A stretch of 64,000 nt of DNA. Source: Isurus oxyrinchus. Taxonomy: Eukaryota. The stretch is taken from the NCBI GenBank assembly GCA_026770705.1, contig JANJGN010000015.1, positions 81,468,001 to 81,532,000 of the forward strand. The letters are read 5' to 3'. A program made the translations under genes and the position numbers. This document shows positions 37,269 through 50,143 of the stretch, piece by piece (position 1 is the stretch's first letter; every line of letters begins with the position of its first letter). The notes beneath the pieces are model-generated. The model searched no databases, was not told the DNA's origin, and saw nothing but the letters and a program-made list of their open reading frames with translations.

Positions 37269-38990
37269 ATGGTTGCTAAAGGGAGGAAACATACTGCCCC
37301 CAGATTTAGCTACTTGTCCCTCGAGCGCCTGCTAGACACAGTGGAGGCCTGCCACGTAGTCCTATGCCTCCCGCTCTCGGTGAAGGTCATCAATCCAGCA
37401 TGGGAGGTGGTGGCAACAGTGGTCAGCACCAACACACTGTGAAAGAGGACAGCCACCCAGTGAAGGAAGAGGATGAATGATCTTACCCATTCCTCCAGGG
37501 TAAGTCACTCCTCTCATCACTTTCAACTCACACACTCACAAACCCATCACACATCCACAGGGATCTCACACCTCAAGGGACAATATCACTAACTCTCACA
37601 CATACCCTCACATCTCCATCAGGCTCATGTCCTCTGGAGCTCGTATCCTCATCCCGTCCATGGCTCCGCTCACCACATAAACATTCCACGCAGTGCCATG
37701 TGTCCTGCTCACACTCTCTCCATCTGTTTCCATACTGGAGAAGCTGGCTCAGTGCAGCAGGGAGAGGTCCCAAACCAAGGGTGGAGTGTCCCACAATAGG
37801 CCCCTCATTCACTTTGAGGAGCATGCCATTGTGCTGACAGGTAAAGATGTGGACGGTGCCTGCAGTGTCAGTGAGGTTGGTGGCAGACACCCATGTGAGG
37901 ATCCTGTACCACATCATCCCTCTCTCAACACAACAGTGAGTGCTCTCTCTCTCCTGCTTTTGACTCTGCTGCCATGCATTCATTATCTCTACCCTGGTTC
38001 ACAGGGAGTTCTGCCAAGTGACTGACACCCTCAGTCAGCCAATCCCTCAGCTCCATCCAGGTCCCCACCTCCAGCCAAAAAGACACCTCCTCCATTGAAG
38101 AGCTGGAAATAAGCAGTCTGGAAGATCCATCACATTGCTTACCCACACCCTCCACCAGCACAGAGACACACACCTCGGTGGGGCCTAGATCTAGAGCAGG
38201 TTCAGGTTCACAATCTGATGGTCACCACACAGACACATCTCCGCAGCAGGAGGAGGCAGGTTTAGCCGAGATCACCGGCACTCGGAGGACTGCTAAGGAA
38301 GAGGCATCTGTGAGGTCCGAGTCAGATGACGTTCCTCTGGATTTGGCTTTCCAGCACATCCTGGAGAGTCTACAGAAGGTGTGGGAGCATCATGCACAGC
38401 TGTTGGAAGCCCTCAGCAGAATGGCACGTGAGTTGGAGGAGTGCATCCACCTGCTCACTGATGAAGTGGTGCCCACATGTGTTTGTATGGAGGTCTCCAT
38501 AGGAAGGATGGCGGACGCTAGGGAGACCCAGGTCCAGCTGAACACAGAGATGTGCGCGGATCTGCACTCCGTTTCATTAGCCACGGGTAAGTTCCTGCAG
38601 TGGCAACATGAGAAGGAAACGGGGCACCTCAAAGACTCACCAGGTGCTCTTTCCCCTCAAGGAGTCAGGCCGGGGCCCTTGGGCATCCGAAGGGAGGAGG
38701 AGCGTCAGCTGGACACCCCTGGGTCATCCACTCAGGAAGTGCAGAGCCTGTCCTCTCCCTCCAAGTCCCCTTCACCTGTGACCCTCTCAACCTCATCCTC
38801 TGTCACCTCAGAGGGAGCAGCTGGCCCACAGGAGGACAGCCAAAGCAAATTGGGGCCCTCAAGGCCTTAGCTCTCCGGAGGATGCATGCCAAAGTCATCA
38901 GAGGCAACATGGCCAACCATTACGCAGGCTGTCTCCACCCCTGCTGTGGATGTCAGGGCAGCACCTAGAAGTAGCCAGCCCAGAATGGTT
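37269..38990 (+). pseudogene. Spliced Harbinger Myb/SANT gene (three exons), decayed
   Basis: Exon 1 MVAKGRKHTAPRFS..WEVVA..RKRMNDL then donor gtaagt at 37500; exon 2 about 37740-37905; acceptor ttcacag ending 38004; long ORF 38178..38870. Confidence 0.75.
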
Positions 38991-39604
38991 TAGAATTTCT
39001 GATCACAAGTGGTTGCATGGGTAAACACGTTTTGTCACTTTATAATCTGAAAATCGATTCACTTTCACTGAATAATGTTTAATGGTGTCTTTCAGCTTCA
39101 TTTACAAACTTCACGAGTCCTCCCCCTACATCTCCCTACCAACCCCCACCCTCTGTCACTGGCAGTTCAACTGCACGCAGCCAACTTACGAGTAATTTTG
39201 GGCGGAGGAGTATATATGTGTCAGGGCCTTTTGAAGCCTCGAGCAAGCACTCTCATGCAAGTGGACCTTTTCTCCATCACACTCATCTCAATGTCCTGAG
39301 CATTTTCAATGCTGACTGCTGGGGTTCTCTTTCATTAGTCCATCTGAGCTGACCTGCATTTCTGCCCACCAACTGATCGCACTCCTATGCTGTATCTGTT
39401 CCCACCCAACATGAGGTTCCTTTCACTTTTGATTTTAGAAGCATGGTACTGGGTACTGGCGAAGGTTGTCTTTCGCTTCCCCATCCTTTCCCCTCCCCCA
39501 GTCACCCATTTTCCTTTCTCCCATCACTATCAACCCCCCTGGCATCACCTTCCACCTCCCCACCATCATCTGCCAACCAGAATTCTTTTCTTTCTTGGAT
39601 GTCC

Positions 39605-39950
39605 TAGAATCATAGAGGTCTACAGCACAGAAAAAGGCCCTTTGGGCCATCAAGTCTGCACTGATCAAACAAGTACCCAACTATTCTAATTCCCATTTTC
39701 CAGCACTAGGCCCATAGCCTTGTATGCCATAGCATCACAAGTGCACATCCAAATGCTTCTTAAATGTTATGAGGGTATCTGCCTCTACCACCCTTTCAGG
39801 CAGTGAGTTCCAGATTCCCACCACCCTCTGGGTGAAAAAATTCTTCCTCACATCCTCTCTAAACCTCCTGCCCCTTACCTTAAACCTATGCCCCCTGGTT
39901 ATTCATCCCTCCACCAAGAGGAAAGGTTCCTTCCTGTCTACCCTATACTA
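39605..39950 (-). mobile_element. CR1 3' end
   Basis: tagaatcataga tail and gagttccagattcccaccaccctctgggtgaaaaa, as in other CR1 ends here. Confidence 0.85.
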
Positions 39951-40019
39951 TAGGATGAACAGGTGAACATCCCTATCTTTCTAAGAATCCTACCCCTATC
40001 CACATTGATCTGCCTGACC

Positions 40020-40705
40020 TCCTCCTTTCCACCCCCAGGGTCCGTGTCTGCCCCCGATTCCCCACCAACCACCTTTGCTGTCCCTTCTACCATTACCATT
40101 GAACCCTCACCCTCCCACCCTACCGGCTCACTCTGCCCTCTCTCATTCTCACCATTCCATCCTAATGTGCCTGCCCTCAATTCACTGCACTGAAGACAGT
40201 CATCAACTCCACAGACCCCTCCCTTGCACGTTCACCTGGACATTCCCCCTGTCTCTTACTTCTTCCTCCAACCTTACTCCTTCCACCCCCCCAAGACTCC
40301 TTTCTCCCCCTGGACTCCTTCCTTCCTGCAGTCTTTCCCCCCTCCGAACTCCTACATTCCCCAACGTCCTGCCCACCTCTGAACTCCTTCCTGCCCCAAA
40401 ATCCTGCCCATTCTGCACTCCTTCCCTTACACCTTCCTTCCTCCCTTACACCTGCCTCCCCAGTTGCCGCATTCTCCCATTACACCCTCCTCTCCTGTAC
40501 TCCCTCCGCCCTCCAAACCTCTCCCCCCCGACACCATTGCTCCCCCACTCCCAACCTCACCTGCTCTGACACCATCATTCCCCCCTCCCAACCTCCCCAC
40601 CCCCCGGTACATCTTCCTCACCAATTCAAACCAAGACCTTCTCTCCCACCTCCCAATACACTTTCTTCTCCCAGTCAAACCTATAACTTCCTCTCCACCC
40701 CCTCA
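40020..40705. repeat. C-rich low-complexity tract
   Basis: Strong C/T skew with many C runs. Confidence 0.8.
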
Positions 40706-40996
40706 ATGATCATCCATAACATACCATGGGCAAGACACTGATTTCCCAAAGCAGACTCTCAAAGGTGACCCGCCACCTTCCATCTTCCGTAAGCTGCTTC
40801 ACGGCAGAGCCATTTCCATGACAATCCACCCAGCATGCCAGGGTCTGGTTGCTGTTGCACTCCAGCATCTTCTGCTCCTCAAATGTCCACTACGTGAGCA
40901 AAGTCCTGACGGTAAGTCCTGACTTCTGCATGTCATAATTGTCAAGATATGTTCTGTTTTCCCACCAATGTGGGTGGTAAATTTGAGGTGAGGAAT

Positions 40997-43900
40997 TATT
41001 ATGATACAGCCTATGGTAAAGGTTGAGTTGCTCAAAACCCAGAGGGAAACTTGAAACAACTGTTGTAGCCCATTTTTGCAATTTGTATGTTTCGAGATGC
41101 AGCTTTTGAATTCAATAGTACTAAGACCAATGAGTCTCAAGGGTTTTTTTTTATAAAACTAAATTAAACATTTATTAATACAAGAAAAATTGTAAGCACA
41201 TACATTTGTCTAAAAAATCTCAATTATAATAACTACAAAAATTCCCTAATTAATCTGATTATCCATTACACCCCTGTTAAAGCAACATAAAAACTCATAG
41301 ATTTAAAGAGACACCTGGAAGAGCACACCCTGGACAGTCAAAAAGATAAAAGCAAAATACTGTGAATGCTGGAAATCTGAAACAAAAACAAAAAATGCTG
41401 GAAAATCTCAGCAGGTCTGACAGCATCTGTGGAGAACTCTGAAGAAGAGTCATACGGACTCAAAACGTTAACTCTGTTTTTCTCTCTACGGACGCTGTCA
41501 GATCTGAATTCAAAATGAGCCTTGGGTCCTTGCAGACAGTCTTGAAGTTTACAGGCTGGAGGCGCCTTACACTTGATGGTGCTTATAATGCCTCTGCCTT
41601 ACACACAATCTCCTTTCTCCTTTATACATATCTTTCTCTTTGAATGTAAATTTTCCATTATATTGCTTGGTTTTTAATTTTACCTCTTCTAAGCATCCTT
41701 TGATTCCACCAATTTCATTAGTAAACTGAAAAAAATAAACAAATTGCTTGGCATCTTCTAGCTAGGTGCAAGATTTCACCCTCTGTTTTGAATGCTTTAT
41801 TTAAAAATGCAAATTGCCTCCTTGACACCTATGTTTCTAAACTTCCCCATGTTTATCTAATTACCATTTCAAACCTACTTCTTTCTATATATCAAAGCCT
41901 CTAGACCAGCTGGCTTTAATCCAATTAAGACACACACACACATAGACACAGACAGGACTAAACTATATTTTAAAAAATAATTCCCAATAACATTATAGAT
42001 GCTAACCTCTTCATGATATCTTCCTCCTTGTCAAAAAATGAACCATCATAATTCTAAAAGATGGCTTAATTTTTAATAACCCATCTTCCACTATTTCTTA
42101 TACTTAACTATATATTTACACTACCAGATGCATGCATTAACATAACAATATACAAGTCCTTACTATCAGCAGAAATCATTCTAGTTCAGTGTCCAGGTTT
42201 TAAAATGTCCAATTTTTCCTTCAAACTCTTGATAATGCATCTGTAAATAGATTCTCTCATCCAGCAACATGTATTATATATAGATTAAATGGTTGCAGTA
42301 ATAAACTCCATCTGAATAGCCTTGCACTTCTTGTCTTGAAATTTGTCCAGAAACTTTAAAGGATTGTGGTCTGTATAAGCAATTGTTTTTGACAAGTTGT
42401 TTGGCAAATAGATGTCAAAATGCTGCAATGCCAACACCAAACTCAATGGCTCCTTTTCAATCATTGATTATCTTCTCTGTTTTGCATTCAACTTCCATCA
42501 AAAATACCCTATCAGTTTTTCAATTCCAATGTCATCTTCTTGTAACAGAATGGCCCCAATGTCTATATTGGTTGCATCAATGGCCAACTTAAATTATTTG
42601 GCGTAATTGGGTACTTCCACAACTGGTGTTTTAATTAATACAGTTTTCAAACTATCAAATGCCATCTGACACTCCAGTGTCCATTGAAACTTCTTGTTCT
42701 TTTTTAATAGTTCAGTCAGTGGAGCAACCACACTGCTAAAATTTGGTACAAATTTCCTGTAAAACCCACTGATGCCCAGAAATCTCAAAATTTCTCGTTT
42801 TGTTATAGGCACTGGGAAATCCATGACAACCTTGACTTTCACATCCCTTGGAGCAACCATGTCCAATAGCATGGCCTAGAAACATAACTTGTGCTTTGCA
42901 AATTCACTGTTTGCCAAGTTCATCACCAGATTAGCTTCTTATAATCTAGTTAAAATTCTTCCAGATGCCTTAAATGCTCATCCCACGTCTGGCTGAAAAC
43001 TATTAAGTCATCAGTATAAACAGCACAATTGCTTAGACCTATAATTAATTTGTCAGTCTTTGAAATTTCACAGGTACATACTTCATATCAAATGGCATGA
43101 TTTTAAACTGATGTAGTCCATTTGGCATCACAAAAGCCGATATCACCTTTGTTCCCTCCAATAACTGTACTTGCCAATATCCTTTTAGCAAGTCAATCTT
43201 TGTGATAAATTTTGAGTATCCCATTTTCTCAATACAATCCTCTAACTGTAGTACAGGATATGAATCTGCCTTTGTCACCACATTCACCTTTCGATAGTCC
43301 ACAGTCTTTGTGTTCCATCCAGTTTCGGTACCAGTACAATAGGCAAACTTCAATTACTGCAACTAGACTCAATGATATCATTGTAAAGCATGAAATCAAT
43401 TTCTTTCTGTGATAACTTTGCCAGATTTAAATTACAAGGATGTTGCCTTATTGAAGATGAAACTGTTATAGAGACATCATGTATAGCTTATTTCCACAAA
43501 TAGCTTTGTATTATTGCAATAGCCTTTTCCAAATCACTTTGACACTTGTCTGGAAGGTGACTCAGTATTGCATTTATGTTTTCAAGTACCCAGTTTATCC
43601 AGTTTGATTAGAGGAAAATCAGAGTTTTGCATTTCTATCTCTTTCTCACTATCTACCACTACTAACATCTCCTTTTGGTCCTCTTCCCTTTCAAAATACT
43701 TTTTAAGCATTATTACATGACACACCCTCTGTTTCTTTCTTCTATCTGAAGTATTTATTAAATAATTTATTTCACTTAATTTCTTTTCGATCCTGTAAGG
43801 CCCACTAAATCTTGCCTTTAATGAGTCACTCAGTACAGCTAACAGAACTAGCAATTTCTCTCCAGCAATAAAACTGTGAGCTTTAGTTTTCTTATCTGCC

Positions 43901-46487
43901 TTCACTTTTATCACTTGCTGTGATATCTTTAAATGTCCCCTAGCTAACTCACATGCTCTGTTTAATCTCTCACTGAAGTTTGATACATAATTCAGGAGAG
44001 TAGTTTCTGGATTTTGACCTACCAATTTCTCATAACTTAATTTCAGTGATCCCCTTACCTTATGACCATAAGCTAGTTCAAAAGGACTAAAACCAGTCAA
44101 TGGAATTCCCCTATCCCAATCCTGTGGATAATCCTGACAGTAAGCATTCATCATAGTTTTCAAAGTTTGATGCCATCTTTCCAAAGCCCCTTGTGACTCT
44201 GGATGATAAGCTGCTGACTTACATTGTCTTATCCCCAAGCTGTTCATTAATTCCTTAAACAGCTGTGACATAAAATTTAATCTGATCTGATTGTATTTCT
44301 TTAGGTAAACCATATCTTGTAAAAAAAATTGTTAACTCTTACACAATCTTCTTAGTTGTAATATTTCTTAAAGGTATTGCTTTAGAAAACCTCAACTTTC
44401 GAATGTCACTTTTACCCTCAGCACCCTCTTTTTTATGCTGAGAAAAAAAACTTCCTGGGAATTTCTACCTACTCTTTCTCTTCCCTGATTACCTACCTTC
44501 CTTTCACCTTCCCACTTTCTATTCTTTTCAGTTTTAAAAGGGTGACAAAAAAAGGATTAGCTCTATGACTAACTCATAATCATCAGCTATCCCAGCTGCT
44601 TGCCTTACAGAATCAATCCTCTGTTCCTCCACATGAGTTCTCACTACTGAAGGGATTGAATCTTTAAATTCTTCCAAAAGAATTAAGTCTCTAAGAGCTG
44701 CATATGTTGTCTCTATTTTTAATGTCTGTCAAATTTACTTTGTTTTATTTTCTCAAACTCATTATAAGTTTGCCCAGGCTGTTTTCTCATATTCCTAAAT
44801 TTCTACCTGTATGCTTCAGGAACCAACTCATATGCACTCAAAATAGCCTTTTCACCATACCTTAATTCACCAATACTTCTTCTGATAGCGAAGCATGTAC
44901 CTCATGTGCTCTACCACCAACTTAGGCTGTAACAATAATAATGTCCAGTTTTCCTGTGGCCATTTCTTTTGTTTATCTATCTTCTCAAATGAAATAAAGA
45001 ATGCTTCAATATCCCTTTCAAACTTTGTAAGAGCTTGTACAAAGTTAAACATCTCCCCAGTGGGTTCTACTCTGGAGATAAATCTATCCTCACCTCCTGG
45101 CATCTCTTTCTTAACTGCCAATTGGAATTCTCTCTCTCTCTTTTTCTCTTTCCTCCTTCTCTATATTCACAATTTCTAACTCCCTTTTCTTTTTCTCTCC
45201 TGCCTTTCTGCCTGTTCCCTTTGGAATGCCCTGTGTCTTTCCTTTTCTTCCAATTGAATTGTTTTCATTTTCAACTGAATTTGAGCCCATTCTAATGAAT
45301 CACCCCTGTCTCTCAAGTATTCCTTCCAATTTTTAATGCTGTGCTATCACATCAATTATGTCTGATTTCTTAACCCCCGCAGGTAATCTCAATTATAGTT
45401 TATCTGCCAACTCTGTTAACTTACTCTTGTATCCTTTTTGTAACCCAATCAGAGTTATATCTACTACTCCCAGACAAGTCTTAGCAATTACCAAAGCCAT
45501 TTTTGCAGTCTCACCACTTCAAAAATAATTCACACCCACTCCTGAATTCAAAGTGCTTCTCATAGTCGTAGCCTTAAGATTCACCAATTCCAAAAAAATT
45601 AAGGAATTTCAAATATATCCCACCAAGGGCCCCCAGTTACTATGACACAGCTGATGGTAAAGGCTGAGTTACTCAAATCCCAGGGGGAAACTTGAAACAA
45701 CTGTCATAACCCATTTTTGCAATTTGTATGTTTCAAGATGCAGGCTTTAAATTCAGTAGTAATGAGGCCACTGAGTCTCAAGAGCTTTTTTTTATAAAAC
45801 TAAATTAAACATTTAATTGTAAAAATTATAAGTGCATACATATGTCTACAAAATTTCTACTATAATAACTGCAAATATCCCATAATTAATCTGGCTCTCA
45901 GTTACATTGCCTGTTAAGGCAACAGTAAAACTCATAGATTTAAAGAGACACCTGGCAGAGCACACCCTGGTCAGTCACATTCAAAATGAGTTTATTTCAA
46001 CCCTGGATCCTTGCAGAGAGACTTGAGATTTATAGGCTGGAGTCTTCTCACATTTGATGGATCTTACAATGCCTCTGCCTTACACATAATCTTCTTTCTC
46101 CTTTATACATATCTTTCTCTTTGAATGTAAATTTTCCATTATATTACTAGGTTTTTAATTTTATCTCTTCTAACAATAACATCCTTTGATTCCAAAAATA
46201 AACACAATGCTTGGCATCTTCTAGCTAGGTGCAAGATTTCACCCATTCTTATGAATACTTTATTTAAAAATGCAAACTTCCCCCTTGACACCTATGTTTC
46301 TAAACATCCCATGTTTATCTAATCACCATTGCAAATCTACTTCTTTCTATACATCAAAGCCTCTGGACTAGCTGGCTTTAATCCAATTAAGACACATACA
46401 CATAGACACACATAGACACAAACACCACTAAACCTATTTTAAAATACAATTTCCAATAACATTATTGACATTAATCTCTTCATGAAA
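40997..46487 (-). mobile_element. Gmr1-like Gypsy LTR retrotransposon (gag-IN-RT-RH), internally deleted
   Basis: Two LTRs (40997-42018, 45638-46487); tRNA-Pro-like PBS 45617-45635; gag 44400-45500; integrase YHPESQGALERWH 43600-44400; RT KIDLLKGYWQ 42900-43450; RH after RFLGISGFYRKF. Confidence 0.92.
41341..41505. mobile_element. Penelope-like terminal fragment inside the 3' LTR
   Basis: Absent from the 5' LTR (compare 45961-45990); contains ctcagcaggtctg and a hammerhead-like core. Confidence 0.85.
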
Positions 46488-47149
46488 GGATGATTCCAGC
46501 AAACAGGGCTTATAATGATATATAGAAGTATGTAGTTCCTAACTTGCGGCGGCGGGAAACATAGCCTGCCATTGACGGGTGGAGCAAACGATTGCAAATT
46601 GCTTTCATGATGACGTAAATCCGATTGTTGGCCTTCCCACCATATTGTCTGCTTATGCATGCCATGAAGTGCCAAAGGGCACAGAAAATTCCATCTTGAC
46701 TTTATTCAAAGTCAAGTGGAAGATTTAAAACCTGGACACAATGGAAGGGGCAGCTGGCCTCACTGCTGTCAGACTTACAGCCTCTCAGGCTGAAGGAGTT
46801 GGGAAGAGAGAACCCAGAACAGGTGCTGCTATGCCAAGTAGAAGAAAAGGACTGCTTTTGGGTTAACTACCCAGCGAAGAGCTGTTGAGGATGGAAAGCA
46901 TATTTGAGGAAACAAGGATATGAAAAGTTAGCGACCATGGAATCACCAGAGAGAACTTAATGATGGGGGGCAGTTCCATTAGATAATGCTCAAAGGGTTG
47001 AGTGAAGGGGATGTGTTTTAAAAGGGTGTTATGAACCTCGTAGAGATTGATAACTCTTAAAAAGATATTTGAACTATGACTGATGAAAAGTTCAAGTTTT
47101 AAGACTTTTACTGTTATAAACAAAGTAAAAGCAACATTGACTCATACTA

Positions 47150-48625
47150 TTTTCATTTTCCAATCCTCACTAGATATAGGCAAGTTACCAGAGGATTGGA
47201 GGTCTGCGAATGTTGTAACATTATTTAAAAAGGGTGTGAGGGATAGGGCAGAAATTTATAGGCCAGTCAGTCTGACTTCGGTGGTGGGCAAATTATTGGA
47301 ATCAATTCTGAGACACAGGATAAACTGTCACTTAGAAAGGCACAGATTGATCAGGGATAGTCAACATGGTTTTGTTGGGGAAGATCATATCTTGCCAACT
47401 TAATAGAATTAAGGAAGATTGTCGAAGGTAGTGCAGTGGAAGTTGTCCACAGTTATTTTAGTAAGGCATTTGATAAGGTCCCACATGGCAGACTGATCAG
47501 AAAAGTGAGATCACATGGGATACAGGGGAAGGTGGCAAGTTGGGTCCAAAATTGGCTCAGTGACAGGAAGCAAAGAGTAAGGACCAATGGATGCTTTTGC
47601 GAGTAGAAAGTGGTTTCCAGTGGCGTTCCACAGGGCTCAGTGTTGAGGCCTTTGCAGTTGTTGTATATATTAATGAGTTGGACTTAAATGTAGGAGGCGT
47701 GATTGGGAAATTTGCAGATTTTTTCTTTAACCATTCACAGGATGTGAGCATCGCTGGCTAAGGCAGCATTTATTGCTCATCCCTAATTGCCCTTGAGAAA
47801 CAGGCAGTGAACTGCCTTCTTGAATCTGCGGTCCATGTTGTTCAAGAAGGCAGTTCACCACCACCATGTGGTTCTCAGAGGGTTGTGCGAGGTGGTGGTG
47901 GAGGAGTCATTAAATATTTTTAAGGTAGAGATAGATAGATTCTTGTTAGGCAAGGAAATCAAAGCTTATCGGGGTTAGGTGGGAATGTGGAAATCGAAAC
48001 ACAAGAAGATCAGTCATGATCTTATTGAATGGTGGAGCAGGCTCAAGGGGCCGAATGGTCTACTCCTGTTCCTATTTCTTATGTTCTTATGTGCACAATG
48101 ACACAAAAATTTGCCATGTAGCTGATAGTGAAGAGAATAGCTGTTGTCTCCAGAACGATATCAATGGTTTGGTTGAGTGCGGCAAATGGAATTCAATCAC
48201 AAAAAGTGTGAAGTAATGCATTTTGGGAGGGAATACTCAATGAACAGGAGGATATTGAGAGGTATAGGGGAAGTGAGAGACTTATAGTGCATGTCCACAG
48301 TGCCTGAAGGCGGCAGGATAAGTGGATTAGGTGGTAAAGAAAGCATATGGAATGCTTTCCTTTATTGGATGAGGTACAAAATACAAAAGTAGGGATGTAA
48401 TGCTGGAATTGTATAAAATGCTGGTTAGGCCACAGCTGGAATTTTGCGTGCAATTCTGGTCACCACATTACAGGAAGGACATAACTGCTCCAGGTGCTGG
48501 AAAGTGGACCAGGTGCTGGAAAGTGGGGTTAAAAATGAGTGGCTGGTTTCTTTCTCCTCTTTTTATGGCCAGTGTAGACATGATGGGCTGAGTGGCCTCT
48601 TTATGCACTGTAACTTTTCTATGGT
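47150..48625 (+). mobile_element. CR1 RT and 3' end, decayed, with nested insert at about 47720-48091
   Basis: PEDWRSANVVTLFKKG, YRPVSLTS, GVPQGSVL, LVRPQLEFCVQFWSPH. Confidence 0.9.
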
Positions 48626-50143
48626 TATATTTTTGTAGGTAACTTATACTCTAAAACAACAGAAAAGATCCATGTGATTTTTAAAATAACTGATAATCCA
48701 ACCTTACTGTTATATTTTACTCTGCCACTTAAGCAGACCCCTCATTCAGTCATATTTTCTACTCTCCATGACTTGTTTCCTTTTCCTTTCCCAGCCAGAT
48801 AACTTTTAATTCAGAACAGACATTTACGATGAAGGTTATCCTGGAGATTTCTTTCTCTAGCCTAAGCTAGGTGCATCTTCCAGGCTCATTTCAATCCTCA
48901 CAAACTTGGTTTCGTCAGTCAAAGCAGGAGCTCCCACCCACATTCTGCATAGTGAACAATAGAGACTGACTGCCTCTATCTCTCTGCTCTCTCTCTCTCT
49001 CTCTCTCTCAGACTTTTGCAGACTGACCTGTCTGTGAAGTTCAGGGATATCTTAAGAAAATCCCTATAAATCGATTCTACAATGGCTTGCTATGGACTCT
49101 TCCCCTCTCAAAGCCCATCTCCATGGCAATGTGACTGTCAGGGGCCCTGCATTCAGGTAGAAATGCTAATTAGTTATCCTTCAGATCTCCAATCCATCCT
49201 ATCTTGAAATTAAATAGGCCGTTGCAAGTATAACCATTTACAAAACCTGACATTCCTAACACCCAAGCTATCTTTCACTTTATTTGGAGATCAAAAATGG
49301 ACCGTGTCCACAGAGCCACAATCTACAAACCTCTAGATAAAAGGGGGGAAAATTGTACTTGACATAATCCTCATCTGATGGCTACATTTGTGTGTGGCTG
49401 CATCAAGTTAGTGTAGGCCCTCAGTACGCAATCACCAAGTGTCAATACGTGCTGAGGTTCTACCTATTCCCAAGTCGTGAAGGCTGCGTCATGGACAGGA
49501 GCGGGGGTCTGTTCAAACAGCACTAATTTTTCCTCTTACCCATCTGTCTGTAAACAGAAAGGTGTTTTGATTTGTTTCTTTTTTAATAAGTGGTGGCTTA
49601 TTTCCCAAACCCCCCAGGTTTTGTGTGATCCAACTCCAACTAATAAGCCCACAGCAAACCCGAGGTAAGATGAACTCAAAAGGTTAGATTATTGTATACA
49701 TTCAAAAACTGTGAAAAAGAGGGTCTGCAACGCCACCCCCCCCGCCACCAATCCCCCCCCAACACTTACAGTAAAAAGACTGATAGAGAAAAGGTTTTAC
49801 AGTACAAAGAGCACAGAAAAAATGAATATTGGTTCACATGAGGTCCAGAGTCCAGAATCAAAGTCCCACGAGGAGCTTCTTCATGGAGGTCAGCGGGCTG
49901 AAAACCGATGGTGTAAGATTCACTTTTCTGTTGGTGTTAACTTCACAAGATAAAATCGGCATGCAGAGATGAATCAGTTTGTAGGTGATGGTATAGAACT
50001 TTCAGCAGAGGCAGGGTAGATGGGGCCAGAGCTCTTTCTGTGTGGCCTGCTAGTCAGATGTTAAAGCAGTAGATTGGCTTGCAGCTCAGGAAGACAATAT
50101 TAACTTGTTCAACAAGCCAGAGACTTAGATCATGTGACCCTAC

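Noticed and set aside
39938-40709. Pro-rich and Gly-rich ORFs
   Set aside because: By-product of the C-rich low-complexity tract
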